From an uncultured Gammaproteobacteria bacterium (GTDB lineage Bacteria > Patescibacteriota > Microgenomatia > JAMCZE01), in the NCBI GenBank assembly GCA_964576435.1, contig CAZNUP010000002.1, positions 42,112 through 106,111 on the forward strand: a DNA stretch of 64,000 bases, written 5' to 3'. This document shows positions 33,128 through 42,658 of the stretch, one piece after another (position 1 is the first letter of the stretch; every line of letters begins with the position of its first letter). The position numbers were made by a program, and so were the translations under genes. Below the pieces are notes generated by a model that saw only the letters and a list, made by a program, of their open reading frames with translations, ran no database searches and was not told the DNA's origin.

Positions 33128-33301
33128 TTCGCTGTGAGGTGTTAGAAACACTGAGCGAGTGGGAAGAAAGTAGAAATACAAGTACCACCAGGAAGAGAGA
33201 CTTCCAGAGATAAAAATAAGTGTGGCACCGTGGTTACTTTACACCACCACTTTATAAGATTATCCTTGATGTAGGATAACTTAATAAGTTGGTGGTTTTT
33301 T
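33128..33301 (+). ncRNA. T-box riboswitch (Arg, ultrashort Stem I) with terminator
   Basis: K-turn Stem I TTCGC-TGT-GA-GGTGT-[T AGA A]-ACACT-GA-GCGAG; Stem II with GAA/AGTA S-turn; GGAAG/CTTCC stem; antiterminator AAGTG-TGGCACC-GTGG...CCAC-CACTT; terminator ACCACCA.../...TGGTGGT + T-tract. Confidence 0.85.
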
Positions 33302-33312
33302 ATTTTTAATTT

Positions 33313-35148
33313 ATGGAAAAAACGAATTCAAAAGTGAATATTTCTTATCACTTGAAAGAATTGATTGCTAAGGCTGTTTTGGAAAGCTTTGACAATCTAA
33401 ATTTAACAGCTGAGGCTGTTTCTATTGAACATCCTACGGTAGAAGACTATGGAGATTATTCGTCAAATGTGGCGTTGGTACTTTCCAAACAAATAGGAGG
33501 GAATCCGAGGAAAATAGCAGAGAAAATTGTTGCTGCTTTGGAACAGAATAGATCAGATAGTGCATCAAACAACATCATAGAAAAAATTTCGATCGCTGGG
33601 GCTGGATTTATCAACTTTGAGCTCAAAGAGGAGTTTTTGAAAAATCAGATAAAACAAATCAGTGAGCTTGGAGAAAAATTTGGGAACGGGGATTGGGGAG
33701 AAGGACAAAAAATCGCAATTGAAATTGTTAGTCCCAATATTAATAAACCGTTGCACATTGGCCACCTTAGGAATGCGGCACTTGGTATGAGTCTTTCAGA
33801 GCTTTACAAGGCTTCAGGTTGGCAAGTTGTTCGTGATGAAATTAATAATGATCGTGGACTTCATATTATGAAGGCTGCTTACGGATATTTAATTTTTGGA
33901 AGGAAAGAGAAGAGTAGTGAATATTCTTGGAAGAAGCTTCTTGACAATTGGATTTCAGATACAAGTTCTAATAAAAACTATTCTATACCAGGTCTGGAAA
34001 AAGGAGATGAATTTGTAGGTAAATTTTATGTTCTTGGAGAGAAGTTTTTAGAGGAAAACAAGGATATTGCTGAACCACAACTTACTAGCATGCTTCAAGC
34101 ATGGGAGGACGAAGACAAAGATGTTTGGGCTTTGTGGGAGACAATGAGTGAGTGGGTGCATTCTGGAATTGATCAGACATATAAAAGGATTGGCGTCTTA
34201 CATGACAAAAAATGGTATGAACATGAGCTTTATAAGGAAGGTAGAGATTATGTGTTGGAAGCAGTTAAGGAAGGAAAATTTGAAAAGTTGTCAGATGGTG
34301 CTATTCAGGCAAATTTAGAGTCTTATAAACTTCCAAATAAAATACTCATTAGAAACGATGGCACATCTATTTATGTGACTTTTGATATAGCTTTAACAAA
34401 ACACAAAGTAGAGGAATTTAAAGCTGACAAGTATGTTTGGGTTGTGGGATCAGATCAGGTAGACCATTTTAAAAGATTGTTTGCGATTTTTGAGATCTTG
34501 GGTTTTGGGAAAGTTGATAACTTTTACCATCTAGCTTATGGAATGGTCAGAATGCCTGGAGGAAAGATGAGCAGTAGACTTGGGAATGTAATTTTGGCTG
34601 ACGATCTTATTGACAAAATGGTCGAATCGGCAGGGAAATTGATGATGGATAGAAAGATTGGAATGGATTACTCTGATGAAGAAAAAGCAAAAATTAAAGA
34701 AGCGGTTGGAGTTGGGGCACTCAAATATGCAATGCTTAAGGTGAGTCCACTTTTAGATATAACTTTTGATTTAGACAAGTCAGTATCTCTGGAAGGAGAT
34801 TCAGGACCATATTTGCAATACACTTACGCAAGGGCTAAATCAGTTGTTCGAAAAGCAAGCGAAACAAATAATTCCGGGGACAAATTAGAAGATTCTTTAT
34901 CTCCAGAAGAACGGGCTCTTCTTAGGTGGATTTATAGATTCCCAGAAGTTGTAGAGCTTGCAAGCAAGAATTATGCACCAAACCTAATTGCTACATATTT
35001 ATTTGATTTAGCTAAGAGATTTAATAATTTTTATAATAATCAACAGATTGTAGGGAGCAAATCTAGATTAGACCTTACCAAGGCTACATCGGTCGTTTTA
35101 AAGAATGGTCTTACTTTGTTGGGGATTGAAGCTTTGGAAAGAATGTGA
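33313..35148 (+). CDS. argS: Arginine--tRNA ligase
   Basis: GDYSSN, SPNINKPLHIGHLRN, KMSSRLGN, GDSGPYLQYTYAR, LGIEALERM. Confidence 0.98.
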   Translation: MEKTNSKVNISYHLKELIAKAVLESFDNLNLTAEAVSIEHPTVEDYGDYSSNVALVLSKQIGGNPRKIAEKIVAALEQNRSDSASNNIIEKISIAGAGFINFELKEEFLKNQIKQISELGEKFGNGDWGEGQKIAIEIVSPNINKPLHIGHLRNAALGMSLSELYKASGWQVVRDEINNDRGLHIMKAAYGYLIFGRKEKSSEYSWKKLLDNWISDTSSNKNYSIPGLEKGDEFVGKFYVLGEKFLEENKDIAEPQLTSMLQAWEDEDKDVWALWETMSEWVHSGIDQTYKRIGVLHDKKWYEHELYKEGRDYVLEAVKEGKFEKLSDGAIQANLESYKLPNKILIRNDGTSIYVTFDIALTKHKVEEFKADKYVWVVGSDQVDHFKRLFAIFEILGFGKVDNFYHLAYGMVRMPGGKMSSRLGNVILADDLIDKMVESAGKLMMDRKIGMDYSDEEKAKIKEAVGVGALKYAMLKVSPLLDITFDLDKSVSLEGDSGPYLQYTYARAKSVVRKASETNNSGDKLEDSLSPEERALLRWIYRFPEVVELASKNYAPNLIATYLFDLAKRFNNFYNNQQIVGSKSRLDLTKATSVVLKNGLTLLGIEALERM

Positions 35149-35176
35149 TGTTATAATTTTTGAGAGGTGAGAAGTT

Positions 35177-35374
35177 ATGGGAATAGACCTATCTGAATTT
35201 AGTACATTAACCCCTGAACAGCAAGACCAATTTTTAGCCGCGGAACGGGCCAAAAAGCAATCTCAAGTTAATAATGGCCAAGGTGAGGGATTTGGTATTA
35301 AAAAAGGCGAGAATCTTACCGAACGGGCAAAATCTGATGAAGAAACAAATCCTTCAAAACCTAATCAAGGTTAA
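35177..35374 (+). CDS. Small hypothetical protein
   Basis: 65-aa ORF with TGtTATAAT and GAGGTGA SD upstream. Confidence 0.55.
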   Translation: MGIDLSEFSTLTPEQQDQFLAAERAKKQSQVNNGQGEGFGIKKGENLTERAKSDEETNPSKPNQG

Positions 35375-35412
35375 TATGGGACGATTGAGGATTTTCGTGC
35401 TAAAATCTCTTC

Positions 35413-36669
35413 ATGTTTTCTAAGAGTGTACTTCCAAATGGCCTCAGGTATATTTTGGCGCCGATGCCACAAGTGAAATCTGCAACAGTTCTTGTGATGG
35501 TTGAAGCAGGGTCAAGATATGAAGATAAAACGAATAATGGAGTGTCTCATTTTTTGGAACACATGATGTTTAAAGGAACTAAAAAGAGACCTTCCAAAAT
35601 TGAAATATCCAAACTTCTTGATGGAATTGGTGCCTCATTTAATGCCTTTACCTCTAAAGAATATACAGGCTTTTATGTCAAAGCGGCCTCTGAGCACCTG
35701 GACCTTATAACAGATGTAGTATCTGATATGGTTTTGAATTCAACTTACCCTGAAGTTGAGGTTGAAAGAGAAAGAGGGGTCATCATTGAAGAAATTAACA
35801 TGGGTGAGGATGATCCTTCTGGGAAAGTTTTTGAAGTATTTGAAAAGATGATGTTTAAGGGGTCGCCACTTGCAATGACAATTGCCGGAGAAAAAGAAAT
35901 TATTGGCAAAATGAGCCAGAAACAAGTCAAAGATTATGTAGATAAGATGTACCACCCTGGTGCCATGGTTGTTACAATGGCCGGGCAAATTGGGCCGGAA
36001 AACCTTGTTGAGAAATATTTTGGCAAAAGCACTGGCAAATCAGAGAATAAATATCTTCCTGGAGTTGATTTACAAAAAGGCCCACAGGTTTCAGTTTATG
36101 ACAAAAAAACTGAACAAGCGCATTTTGTTCTTGGGGTTAGAGGATATGCACTATCTGATCCAAAAAGACACGCTGCTTCAATTCTTGGAAACATCTTAGG
36201 TGGAAACATGTCTTCAAGGCTATTTCAGGAAGTAAGGGAGAAAAGAGGGCTTGCTTATTATGTTTCAGCTGCAGCTGATGAATACTTAGACACTGGATTT
36301 CTTCTTGCGGGAGCTGGAGTCCGGATTAGTGATTCTGAAGAAGCGGTTAAAGTGGTTTTGGAACAGTTTAACTTAATTAGAGAAAAAGGGGTTACAGAAG
36401 AAGAGTTGGCAATGGCTAAACAATACGCTAAAGGGAAAATGATTCTAGCTTTAGAGGATCCATTTAGAGTGGCGTCATTTTTTGCTGCACAAGAACTTAT
36501 GGAGAAGAAAGTTCTTTTGCCAGATGAAGTTTTAGCAAGGCTTGATAGTGTGACAGCTGAGCAGGTTCAAGATGTTGCACAAGAATTATTCTTGACTGAT
36601 AGATTGAATCTTGCTGTAATTGGACCATTTTCAGATAAGGTAAAGTTTGATAAAATACTTAAATTATGA
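35413..36669 (+). CDS. M16 family (pitrilysin/insulinase-like) zinc peptidase
   Basis: HFLEHMMFKGT (HxxEH), NAFTS, SSRLFQEVREKRGLAY. Confidence 0.95.
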   Translation: MFSKSVLPNGLRYILAPMPQVKSATVLVMVEAGSRYEDKTNNGVSHFLEHMMFKGTKKRPSKIEISKLLDGIGASFNAFTSKEYTGFYVKAASEHLDLITDVVSDMVLNSTYPEVEVERERGVIIEEINMGEDDPSGKVFEVFEKMMFKGSPLAMTIAGEKEIIGKMSQKQVKDYVDKMYHPGAMVVTMAGQIGPENLVEKYFGKSTGKSENKYLPGVDLQKGPQVSVYDKKTEQAHFVLGVRGYALSDPKRHAASILGNILGGNMSSRLFQEVREKRGLAYYVSAAADEYLDTGFLLAGAGVRISDSEEAVKVVLEQFNLIREKGVTEEELAMAKQYAKGKMILALEDPFRVASFFAAQELMEKKVLLPDEVLARLDSVTAEQVQDVAQELFLTDRLNLAVIGPFSDKVKFDKILKL

Positions 36670-37295
36670 GCGGGAAACAAAAATTTACAGAAAAAACTTT
36701 AGTAATTTTAAAGCCAGACACAGTTCAAAGAGGACTTATTGGGGAAATTATTACTAGATTTGAGAAAAAAGGTCTTAAGATTGTGGCCTTGAAGATGATT
36801 TGGCCAACTGAAGAGATGGCGAGAAAACATTACGATCAGCCGGAAGAAGCTGCAAGAGGGCTCGGAGAAAAGACAATTGCTACATACAAAGAAAAGAATG
36901 TGCCTCTTTGGACGGATGACCCTATGGAAATTGCTAAAGACATACAAAAAAAACTTGTGAGGTATATGTCTTCTGGTCCAGTAGTTGTGATGGTGGTTGA
37001 AGGAGCTCATGCTGTTGAGCACGTGAGGAAAATTAGAGGCAATACAAGCCCATCAAAAGCAGAAGTCGGGAGTATTACTGCTGATTATACAGTTGACTCC
37101 TACTTCATGTCAGACGAAGACTCAAGAGCACTTAGAAATTTGGTACATGCTTCAGGGACTGTTGAAGAAGCTAATACTGAAATTGATCTTTGGTTTAATG
37201 AAGATGAGATAAGTGATTACACTTTAGCCATTGAAGAAATTTTGTACGAAACAGATTGGGAGAATAAGCACAAGAGGTCTTCAAAGAAAAATTAA
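36666..37295 (+). CDS. ndk: Nucleoside-diphosphate kinase
   Basis: EKTLVILKPD..QRGLIGEII.RFE, SGPVVVMV, RNLVHAS. Confidence 0.95.
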   Translation: MSGKQKFTEKTLVILKPDTVQRGLIGEIITRFEKKGLKIVALKMIWPTEEMARKHYDQPEEAARGLGEKTIATYKEKNVPLWTDDPMEIAKDIQKKLVRYMSSGPVVVMVVEGAHAVEHVRKIRGNTSPSKAEVGSITADYTVDSYFMSDEDSRALRNLVHASGTVEEANTEIDLWFNEDEISDYTLAIEEILYETDWENKHKRSSKKN

Positions 37296-37316
37296 ATTTT
37301 CCCTCACTAAAAAATT

Positions 37317-37664
37317 ATGCCAGTTAATCTCAGTGGACGAGTTGAATGTGTTCTCAAAGGCATACGCAAGGGAAAAATACCTATAGATGAGAACCAGGAT
37401 AATGGTGGACATGTTGAGGGTTCTAACAATCTATGTTTTTTTTGTGGGAGGTGCTCTCGAGAGATTAGTGGTTCGCCTGGTGGTCGTGTTGATTTGGTCA
37501 AATTTACTGGCAGAGTATCTAGTGATTCTTGCTTGGAAGAGGATCCACTTGTGATGAAAGTTGATCTTAATCCAATCAAAAGAGGAAGAATTGTTACTGG
37601 ATTTTATTTTAACAATAAATATTTAATTCCAGGCCTTTTTCCGAAAAAACCAAAAAAGGGATGA
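37317..37664 (+). CDS. Hypothetical protein with Cys cluster
   Basis: 115-aa ORF, CFFCGRC; no family recognised. Confidence 0.45.
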   Translation: MPVNLSGRVECVLKGIRKGKIPIDENQDNGGHVEGSNNLCFFCGRCSREISGSPGGRVDLVKFTGRVSSDSCLEEDPLVMKVDLNPIKRGRIVTGFYFNNKYLIPGLFPKKPKKG

Positions 37665-37671
37665 GTTTTTG

Positions 37672-37743
37672 TCGGGGTGCAGGGAATTGAACCCTGTGTC
37701 TCACGGTCCCGAACCGTGCGTGTTACCGATGCACCACACCCCG
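37672..37743 (-). tRNA. tRNA-Pro (CGG)
   Basis: Cloverleaf: CGGGGTG/CACCCCG acceptor, CACGG-TTCGGGA-CCGTG anticodon arm, CAGGG-TTCAATT-CCCTG T arm; CCA not encoded. Confidence 0.95.
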
Positions 37744-37792
37744 AATAATTTTTTCCATTTTACTGTATTTACTGATAAAATTGGAATGTTTA

Positions 37793-37864
37793 GCCCTCGT
37801 AGCTCAACGGATAGAGCAATCCCGTCCTAAGGGAAAGATAACAGTTCAATTCTGTTCGAGGGTA
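37793..37864 (+). tRNA. tRNA-Arg (CCT)
   Basis: GCCCTCG/CGAGGGT acceptor, GCTC..GAGC D arm, anticodon loop GTCCTAA, AACAG-TTCAATT-CTGTT T arm; CCA not encoded. Confidence 0.92.
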
Positions 37865-37868
37865 CTTA

Positions 37869-38516
37869 ATGAATAGGTCAGAATATATCAAAGTCTTTAC
37901 ACTCCGAGTCATCGGAAATTTTTTGTTGCTTTCAGCTTGTGCTGGGGTGTTTTTGACTTTTGCTCCTGCTATTCAAGCGGAAGCAAAGTTTAGATATGAC
38001 GAAATTTTGGGAGTTAAATATGTGGTATCTGATGACAAAGAGCAGGGAAGTTTTGGAAATATTTATCAAGGACTTGAACCAAAATCAAGAGATTTTGGTG
38101 TTGTGATAACTCGAATTGGTGCAAATGCTAATGTGATTCCTAATGTGGATCCCGGAAACGAAAGGGAATATATGGAAGCTTTGCAAGAAGGGGTGGCTCA
38201 CGCAGCAGGAAGCGTTATGCCAGGTGAAAAAGGTAACTCAGTACTGTTTGCTCATTCAGTGGGAAATTTTTGGGAAGTCAATCAGTGGAACGCAGTATTT
38301 TATTTACTTAAGGAACTCGAACCAGGGGACACAATAGATGTGTTTTATAAAGATAAGAGATATGTTTATGAAGTTTATGACAAAACAATTGTTGACCCTG
38401 ATCAGGTAGAATTTTTGAGACCAGAAGCTGATTTTCAGAAACTTACTTTAGAAACATGCTGGCCTCCAGGAACAACACTCAAGAGGCTGTTAGTTTTTGC
38501 AAAACTTAAGGACTAG
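37869..38516 (+). CDS. Sortase-family protein
   Basis: N-terminal TM; PGEKGNSVLFAHS (His), LTLETCWP (Cys), KRLLVFA (Arg). Confidence 0.9.
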   Translation: MNRSEYIKVFTLRVIGNFLLLSACAGVFLTFAPAIQAEAKFRYDEILGVKYVVSDDKEQGSFGNIYQGLEPKSRDFGVVITRIGANANVIPNVDPGNEREYMEALQEGVAHAAGSVMPGEKGNSVLFAHSVGNFWEVNQWNAVFYLLKELEPGDTIDVFYKDKRYVYEVYDKTIVDPDQVEFLRPEADFQKLTLETCWPPGTTLKRLLVFAKLKD

Positions 38517-39600
38517 ATTTAAGTGCTGTTTTTCTTGTTGCATTAAATTTCCCAATATTAATTCCATTTTTTGCCCATTCGTCGTTTAAGTTGTTTATTT
38601 TCAATATATATAATTCTCTGTTGTCTGGCGTAGAACAAATTAGACCTATTGCCACCTTTTCATTGCTGCCTTCCTCGTCTTCTAAACCAGGTCCTCCACT
38701 ACTGCCATGGTCTTGTGCCTGTTTAAGTATTAAGTAAATGTTTCTAGTTCTGTCGAAGTATATTTGAGGTCTATCGACAGTTTTTCCATAAAGACTTACG
38801 TCAAAATTTGAACCATTGTCTTTAACTGCTTGATAGGGTATCCCCATGTGTGTAATGGGGGAATCGACATTGATCTTGTCATTTTTCTTGAACTTATAGC
38901 CGGGCATATTATCAAATATCTTTTTTGTACCGTCGTTTTTAGGAATAAGTAAAATTACAGCATCGTTAATTCCATCTCTATAGACCCAATCTACAGGAAA
39001 AACTTTTTTTTCTGTTCCTAACCCAACTTGTGTCATTGAGAAATTAGAATTTTCCCAATTATTACCAAGCGAACCATGGTCGGTTGTTGCTACAAAATAA
39101 AACTCATCATCTTCATAATCCATTTTGAAACCTGTAGATCTTTCTTCTAGATTTTGGTTGTTTGGGTTGGTAAAAGTTAGGCTAAATATAGCCTGCTCAC
39201 TTTTCTTTTTTTCAAATTCTGAAAAATTGTTTGTAATGGGCAAAGAAATTTCTTCGTTATTTCCTTGAACGGTTGCATATTCTTGAGCTGTAACTGTTTT
39301 AAAAACAGTTGTGGGAACTTGTTCTGGTCCTTTTTGTGAGATATCTGCTAAGAATTTCGGTGAGGAATAATTCACCTCTGGATATTCTTTTCTGAACTGG
39401 GGAGAATTTGAAGAATAAGATGATATTTGATTCGGATTTGTGTTGATAGTTGAGATTTCAGTTCCTCCGCAAGCTAGGAGAAGTACTGCTGGGGCAACAA
39501 TAGGCAAAGCTTTTGCTAACCTAATTAGGTGTTTGTTAAAGCTTTGTTTGATTTTGTCTTTACTTTTGAGTTCGGGTTCACTTTTGGAATCTGGGTTCAT
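38506..39600 (-). CDS. Putative lipoprotein with trypsin-like serine protease domain
   Basis: Lipobox-like LLLAC; ATTDH (His), NDAVIL (Asp), HGSSGGP (Ser). Confidence 0.7.
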   Translation of the reverse strand: MNPDSKSEPELKSKDKIKQSFNKHLIRLAKALPIVAPAVLLLACGGTEISTINTNPNQISSYSSNSPQFRKEYPEVNYSSPKFLADISQKGPEQVPTTVFKTVTAQEYATVQGNNEEISLPITNNFSEFEKKKSEQAIFSLTFTNPNNQNLEERSTGFKMDYEDDEFYFVATTDHGSLGNNWENSNFSMTQVGLGTEKKVFPVDWVYRDGINDAVILLIPKNDGTKKIFDNMPGYKFKKNDKINVDSPITHMGIPYQAVKDNGSNFDVSLYGKTVDRPQIYFDRTRNIYLILKQAQDHGSSGGPGLEDEEGSNEKVAIGLICSTPDNRELYILKINNLNDEWAKNGINIGKFNATRKTALKSSP

Positions 39601-39603
39601 GGA

Positions 39604-40806
39604 CTACCTAAGGTTTATGGTGTAGAGATTTTCCCCGTTGCCAGGGCTTAGATTAAGACTAGTCAAAATTACGATTTTTGTCCAGTTGGGCCAGGGGAAA
39701 ATATAGCCGTTGGTGAAGGGACCTGCATAAACTACTGCTTTATTTGTGCCGTCAAAATCAGATACGGCGATTTCTTTATCAGTGTGAGTTAAGAGATGTC
39801 TTGAAGAGGGAAACCAAGAAACATTGGAGCCTTCAATTGGATAGTTTCTATCTTCTTTAATGTCGTAAACATAAAGTTTGCCAGCTTTGATGGTGCGTTC
39901 CTCTGGGGTGGGGTTAGTTCCTGGTAAAGGTGTTTTTAATTGACGTTCAAGAGTAGCTGCTTGAGTTGCTTGGTAAAGTACCTTGCTTTGATCTGGTGGA
40001 AATTCGATGCTAGTGGCATTTTCATTAAAGAATTTTCTTAAGCTAGCTGGAAGTCTACTCATTTGAGCTTTTTCTCTGTCAGCAATTTGTGAATTCCAAT
40101 CGGCAAGGATCTCTGGAAGAGTTGCTGTAACTACTGGTGGGTTTTGATTAATTTGACCTGTATTTAAGAGATAAGCAATCTGACCTGAGGGTGTGGATTC
40201 AAGAGTGAGAGGTTCTCCAAAGTAGGCAATAATTTCTCTGCCATCTGGGGACCATAGATAATTAGCTTCTGAAAAGGGTTCAGAACCTGAGTCAATTTGA
40301 ATTTGGCGAAACTCGGCACTGCCTCCAAGAGGGCCGGGAAGACTTCTTCCCATATCTGCTATCCAGACACCGCTTTTTTCCGCTGAAGCGGAAGAAACTC
40401 CATAAGCAATTCGGCTTTGGTCAAAAGAAAGACTAGGATTTTTAGCACCTGTTAGAGTTAAAGGCCTTAAATCAGGCACTCTTGGGAAAAGGAAAACATT
40501 AGTTTTGAAGACTTCTTCGGGTTTAATCTCTAGGGATTTTTCCCAAGGATAGAATCCATCTAACTGGATCTTAATATCATATTTGCCAGGAGTGAGGTTG
40601 ATAGTGTTGTTGGTGGCGGTTTTTAGTTCGCCATTGATCCAAACTTCGGCGCCATTGGGGTCACTAGTTGCAACTAGGATACCTGTTGGTTTGACTGCTT
40701 TTGTACTTAAATCCAAGGTGTAACCTTTGGCAGCTCCGATTGCAATTGCCGAACCTAGGATAATGATAAATAGGGCAGCTATTATCGCCACCAGGCCTCG
40801 ATTCAT
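39604..40806 (-). CDS. PEGA domain protein with TolB-like beta-propeller
   Basis: N-terminal TM; GILVATSDPNGAEVWING...LTPGKYDIKIQLDGFYPW; WSPDG repeats. Confidence 0.85.
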   Translation of the reverse strand: MNRGLVAIIAALFIIILGSAIAIGAAKGYTLDLSTKAVKPTGILVATSDPNGAEVWINGELKTATNNTINLTPGKYDIKIQLDGFYPWEKSLEIKPEEVFKTNVFLFPRVPDLRPLTLTGAKNPSLSFDQSRIAYGVSSASAEKSGVWIADMGRSLPGPLGGSAEFRQIQIDSGSEPFSEANYLWSPDGREIIAYFGEPLTLESTPSGQIAYLLNTGQINQNPPVVTATLPEILADWNSQIADREKAQMSRLPASLRKFFNENATSIEFPPDQSKVLYQATQAATLERQLKTPLPGTNPTPEERTIKAGKLYVYDIKEDRNYPIEGSNVSWFPSSRHLLTHTDKEIAVSDFDGTNKAVVYAGPFTNGYIFPWPNWTKIVILTSLNLSPGNGENLYTINLR

Positions 40807-40821
40807 GGTAGAATTTTAACA
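40806..40821. promoter_or_regulatory. Overlapping bidirectional extended -10 promoters for two leaderless genes
   Basis: Plus strand TGgTAGAAT-N6-ATG (mreB); minus strand TGtTAAAAT-N6-ATG (PEGA gene); 14-bp intergenic gap. Confidence 0.65.
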
Positions 40822-41828
40822 TGTTTTCAATTGGGAAGCGACTTGGCATTGACCTCGGAACTGCAAACTCACTGGTCTATTTGGTCGGTCAGGGGTTGGT
40901 TTTAAATGAACCTACTGTCGTTGCTGTTGGAGTTGATGATGGGGCAGTGGTTGCTGTGGGAAATGAAGCTAAAGCGATGCTTGGGAGGACTCCGGGAAAC
41001 ATCACTGCTTCAAGACCAATGCGTGAAGGGGTTATCGCTGATTATGAGGTTACGGAAGCCATGCTTCGGTATTTTATTGACAAGGTTTGTGGCTCATCAA
41101 GGCTCTTTAAACCAGAAGTGATGATTTGTGTTCCGGCGGGAGTTACCCAAGTGGAGAGACGAGCGGTTCTTGATGCAACTTTGTCAGCGGGAGCAAAACT
41201 AGCCTATTTAATTGATGAACCACTGGCTGCTGCAATTGGAGCTAGAATTCCAATTGCAAATCCATCGGGGAACATGATTGTTGATATAGGTGGAGGATCG
41301 ACTGAAGCGGCGGTTATATCTTTAGGAGGAGTTGTAACTCATAGATCAGCAAGAGTGGCGGGAAACAAACTGGACGAGGCCATTCAATCTTATGTTAAGA
41401 AGAAGTTTAATCTTCTGATTGGGGAGAATACTGCTGAAGAGATTAAGATTCAAATAGGTTCCGCAGTTCTCTCTGAGAATAAAACAATGGAAGTCCGAGG
41501 AAGAGATGCAGCTACGGGTTTACCTCGGATGATTAATCTTACCTCGGCTGAAGTAGTTGAGGCCATCACACCAGTCTTAAATCAAATTGTCACTGCCCTT
41601 AAGGGAGTGCTAGAAGAAACACCTCCTGAGCTCGCTTCTGACATCATTGATCGAGGGATTGTGCTCAGTGGAGGAACTAGTCTCCTTCGGAATCTTGATA
41701 AGTTGTTCACCCAAACTTTGGGAGTGCCGGCACATGTTGCGGATGATCCACTATTTTGCGTTGTCAAAGGATGTGGGATTGCCATGGAGAACATTGATTT
41801 GTATCGAAAATCAGTTACTAGGAAATAG
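40821..41828 (+). CDS. mreB: Rod shape-determining protein MreB/Mbl
   Basis: GIDLGTAN, NEPTVVA, GRTPGNI, DIGGGSTE, GIVLSGG. Confidence 0.96.
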   Translation: MFSIGKRLGIDLGTANSLVYLVGQGLVLNEPTVVAVGVDDGAVVAVGNEAKAMLGRTPGNITASRPMREGVIADYEVTEAMLRYFIDKVCGSSRLFKPEVMICVPAGVTQVERRAVLDATLSAGAKLAYLIDEPLAAAIGARIPIANPSGNMIVDIGGGSTEAAVISLGGVVTHRSARVAGNKLDEAIQSYVKKKFNLLIGENTAEEIKIQIGSAVLSENKTMEVRGRDAATGLPRMINLTSAEVVEAITPVLNQIVTALKGVLEETPPELASDIIDRGIVLSGGTSLLRNLDKLFTQTLGVPAHVADDPLFCVVKGCGIAMENIDLYRKSVTRK

Positions 41829-41938
41829 CCTATAAATTTAAAGTCTATTTTAAATAGTGACTCGTATAAAACTCATATTCGAACTGGAAAAATTGTGTTC
41901 AAAAGCAGGTATATAGAAAAATTAAGTATTTAAAATAT

Positions 41939-42643
41939 ATGACTCATAATGTACTTGGTGTAAGAATAGATGATATACCCGAAGGGGAGGTAATTTCAAA
42001 AATTAGTGAGGCTAAGAAAGATTTTTTAGTGTTTACGCCAGGACCTGAGTTTTTAGTGACTGCTTCAAAAGATTCAGAATTCACGAAAGTTCTTAATGAG
42101 TCTAATTTAAATATTCCAGATGGTGTGGGTTTAGGGCTTGCTGGCGTGCGAAATAGAATAACCGGTGTGGATTTGATGATTAAACTTCTTAATTTAGCTG
42201 CAGAAAAGGATTGGAGTGTAGGACTTATTGGAGGAGTTAATGGAGTGAGTGAGAAAGTAGCTAGGAAATTTCCAAAGACAAAGTTTAAATATACTTGGTC
42301 TGACGAAGAGGCAGATAAAATAATGAAGCATTACTTAATAGATAATACTATTAATATATCTTCTGATAATGTAGATCTACTTTTTGTTGGACTGGGGCAC
42401 CCAAAGCAAGAAAAGGTGCTTTTCAATATAGTCAAAGAAAAAAAAGGAATTAAATTTAAAGTTGGAATGGGGGTCGGTGGAAGTTTTGATTTAATTGCAG
42501 GGACAAAAAAGAGAGCACCTAAGTTTATACAGCAAATTGGAATGGAATGGCTTTGGAGGGGATTACAGGACCCCAAACATTTTGTCAGAATTTGGAGAGC
42601 AACGGGAGAATTTGTGTGGGTACTAATTTCTTCAAAAAACTAG
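41939..42643 (+). CDS. WecB/TagA/CpsF family glycosyltransferase
   Basis: PDGVG, RITGVDL, LFVGLGHPKQE, GVGGSFD, RAPKFIQQIGMEWLWR. Confidence 0.93.
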   Translation: MTHNVLGVRIDDIPEGEVISKISEAKKDFLVFTPGPEFLVTASKDSEFTKVLNESNLNIPDGVGLGLAGVRNRITGVDLMIKLLNLAAEKDWSVGLIGGVNGVSEKVARKFPKTKFKYTWSDEEADKIMKHYLIDNTINISSDNVDLLFVGLGHPKQEKVLFNIVKEKKGIKFKVGMGVGGSFDLIAGTKKRAPKFIQQIGMEWLWRGLQDPKHFVRIWRATGEFVWVLISSKN

Positions 42644-42658
42644 AGGACTGTCTTGTAG

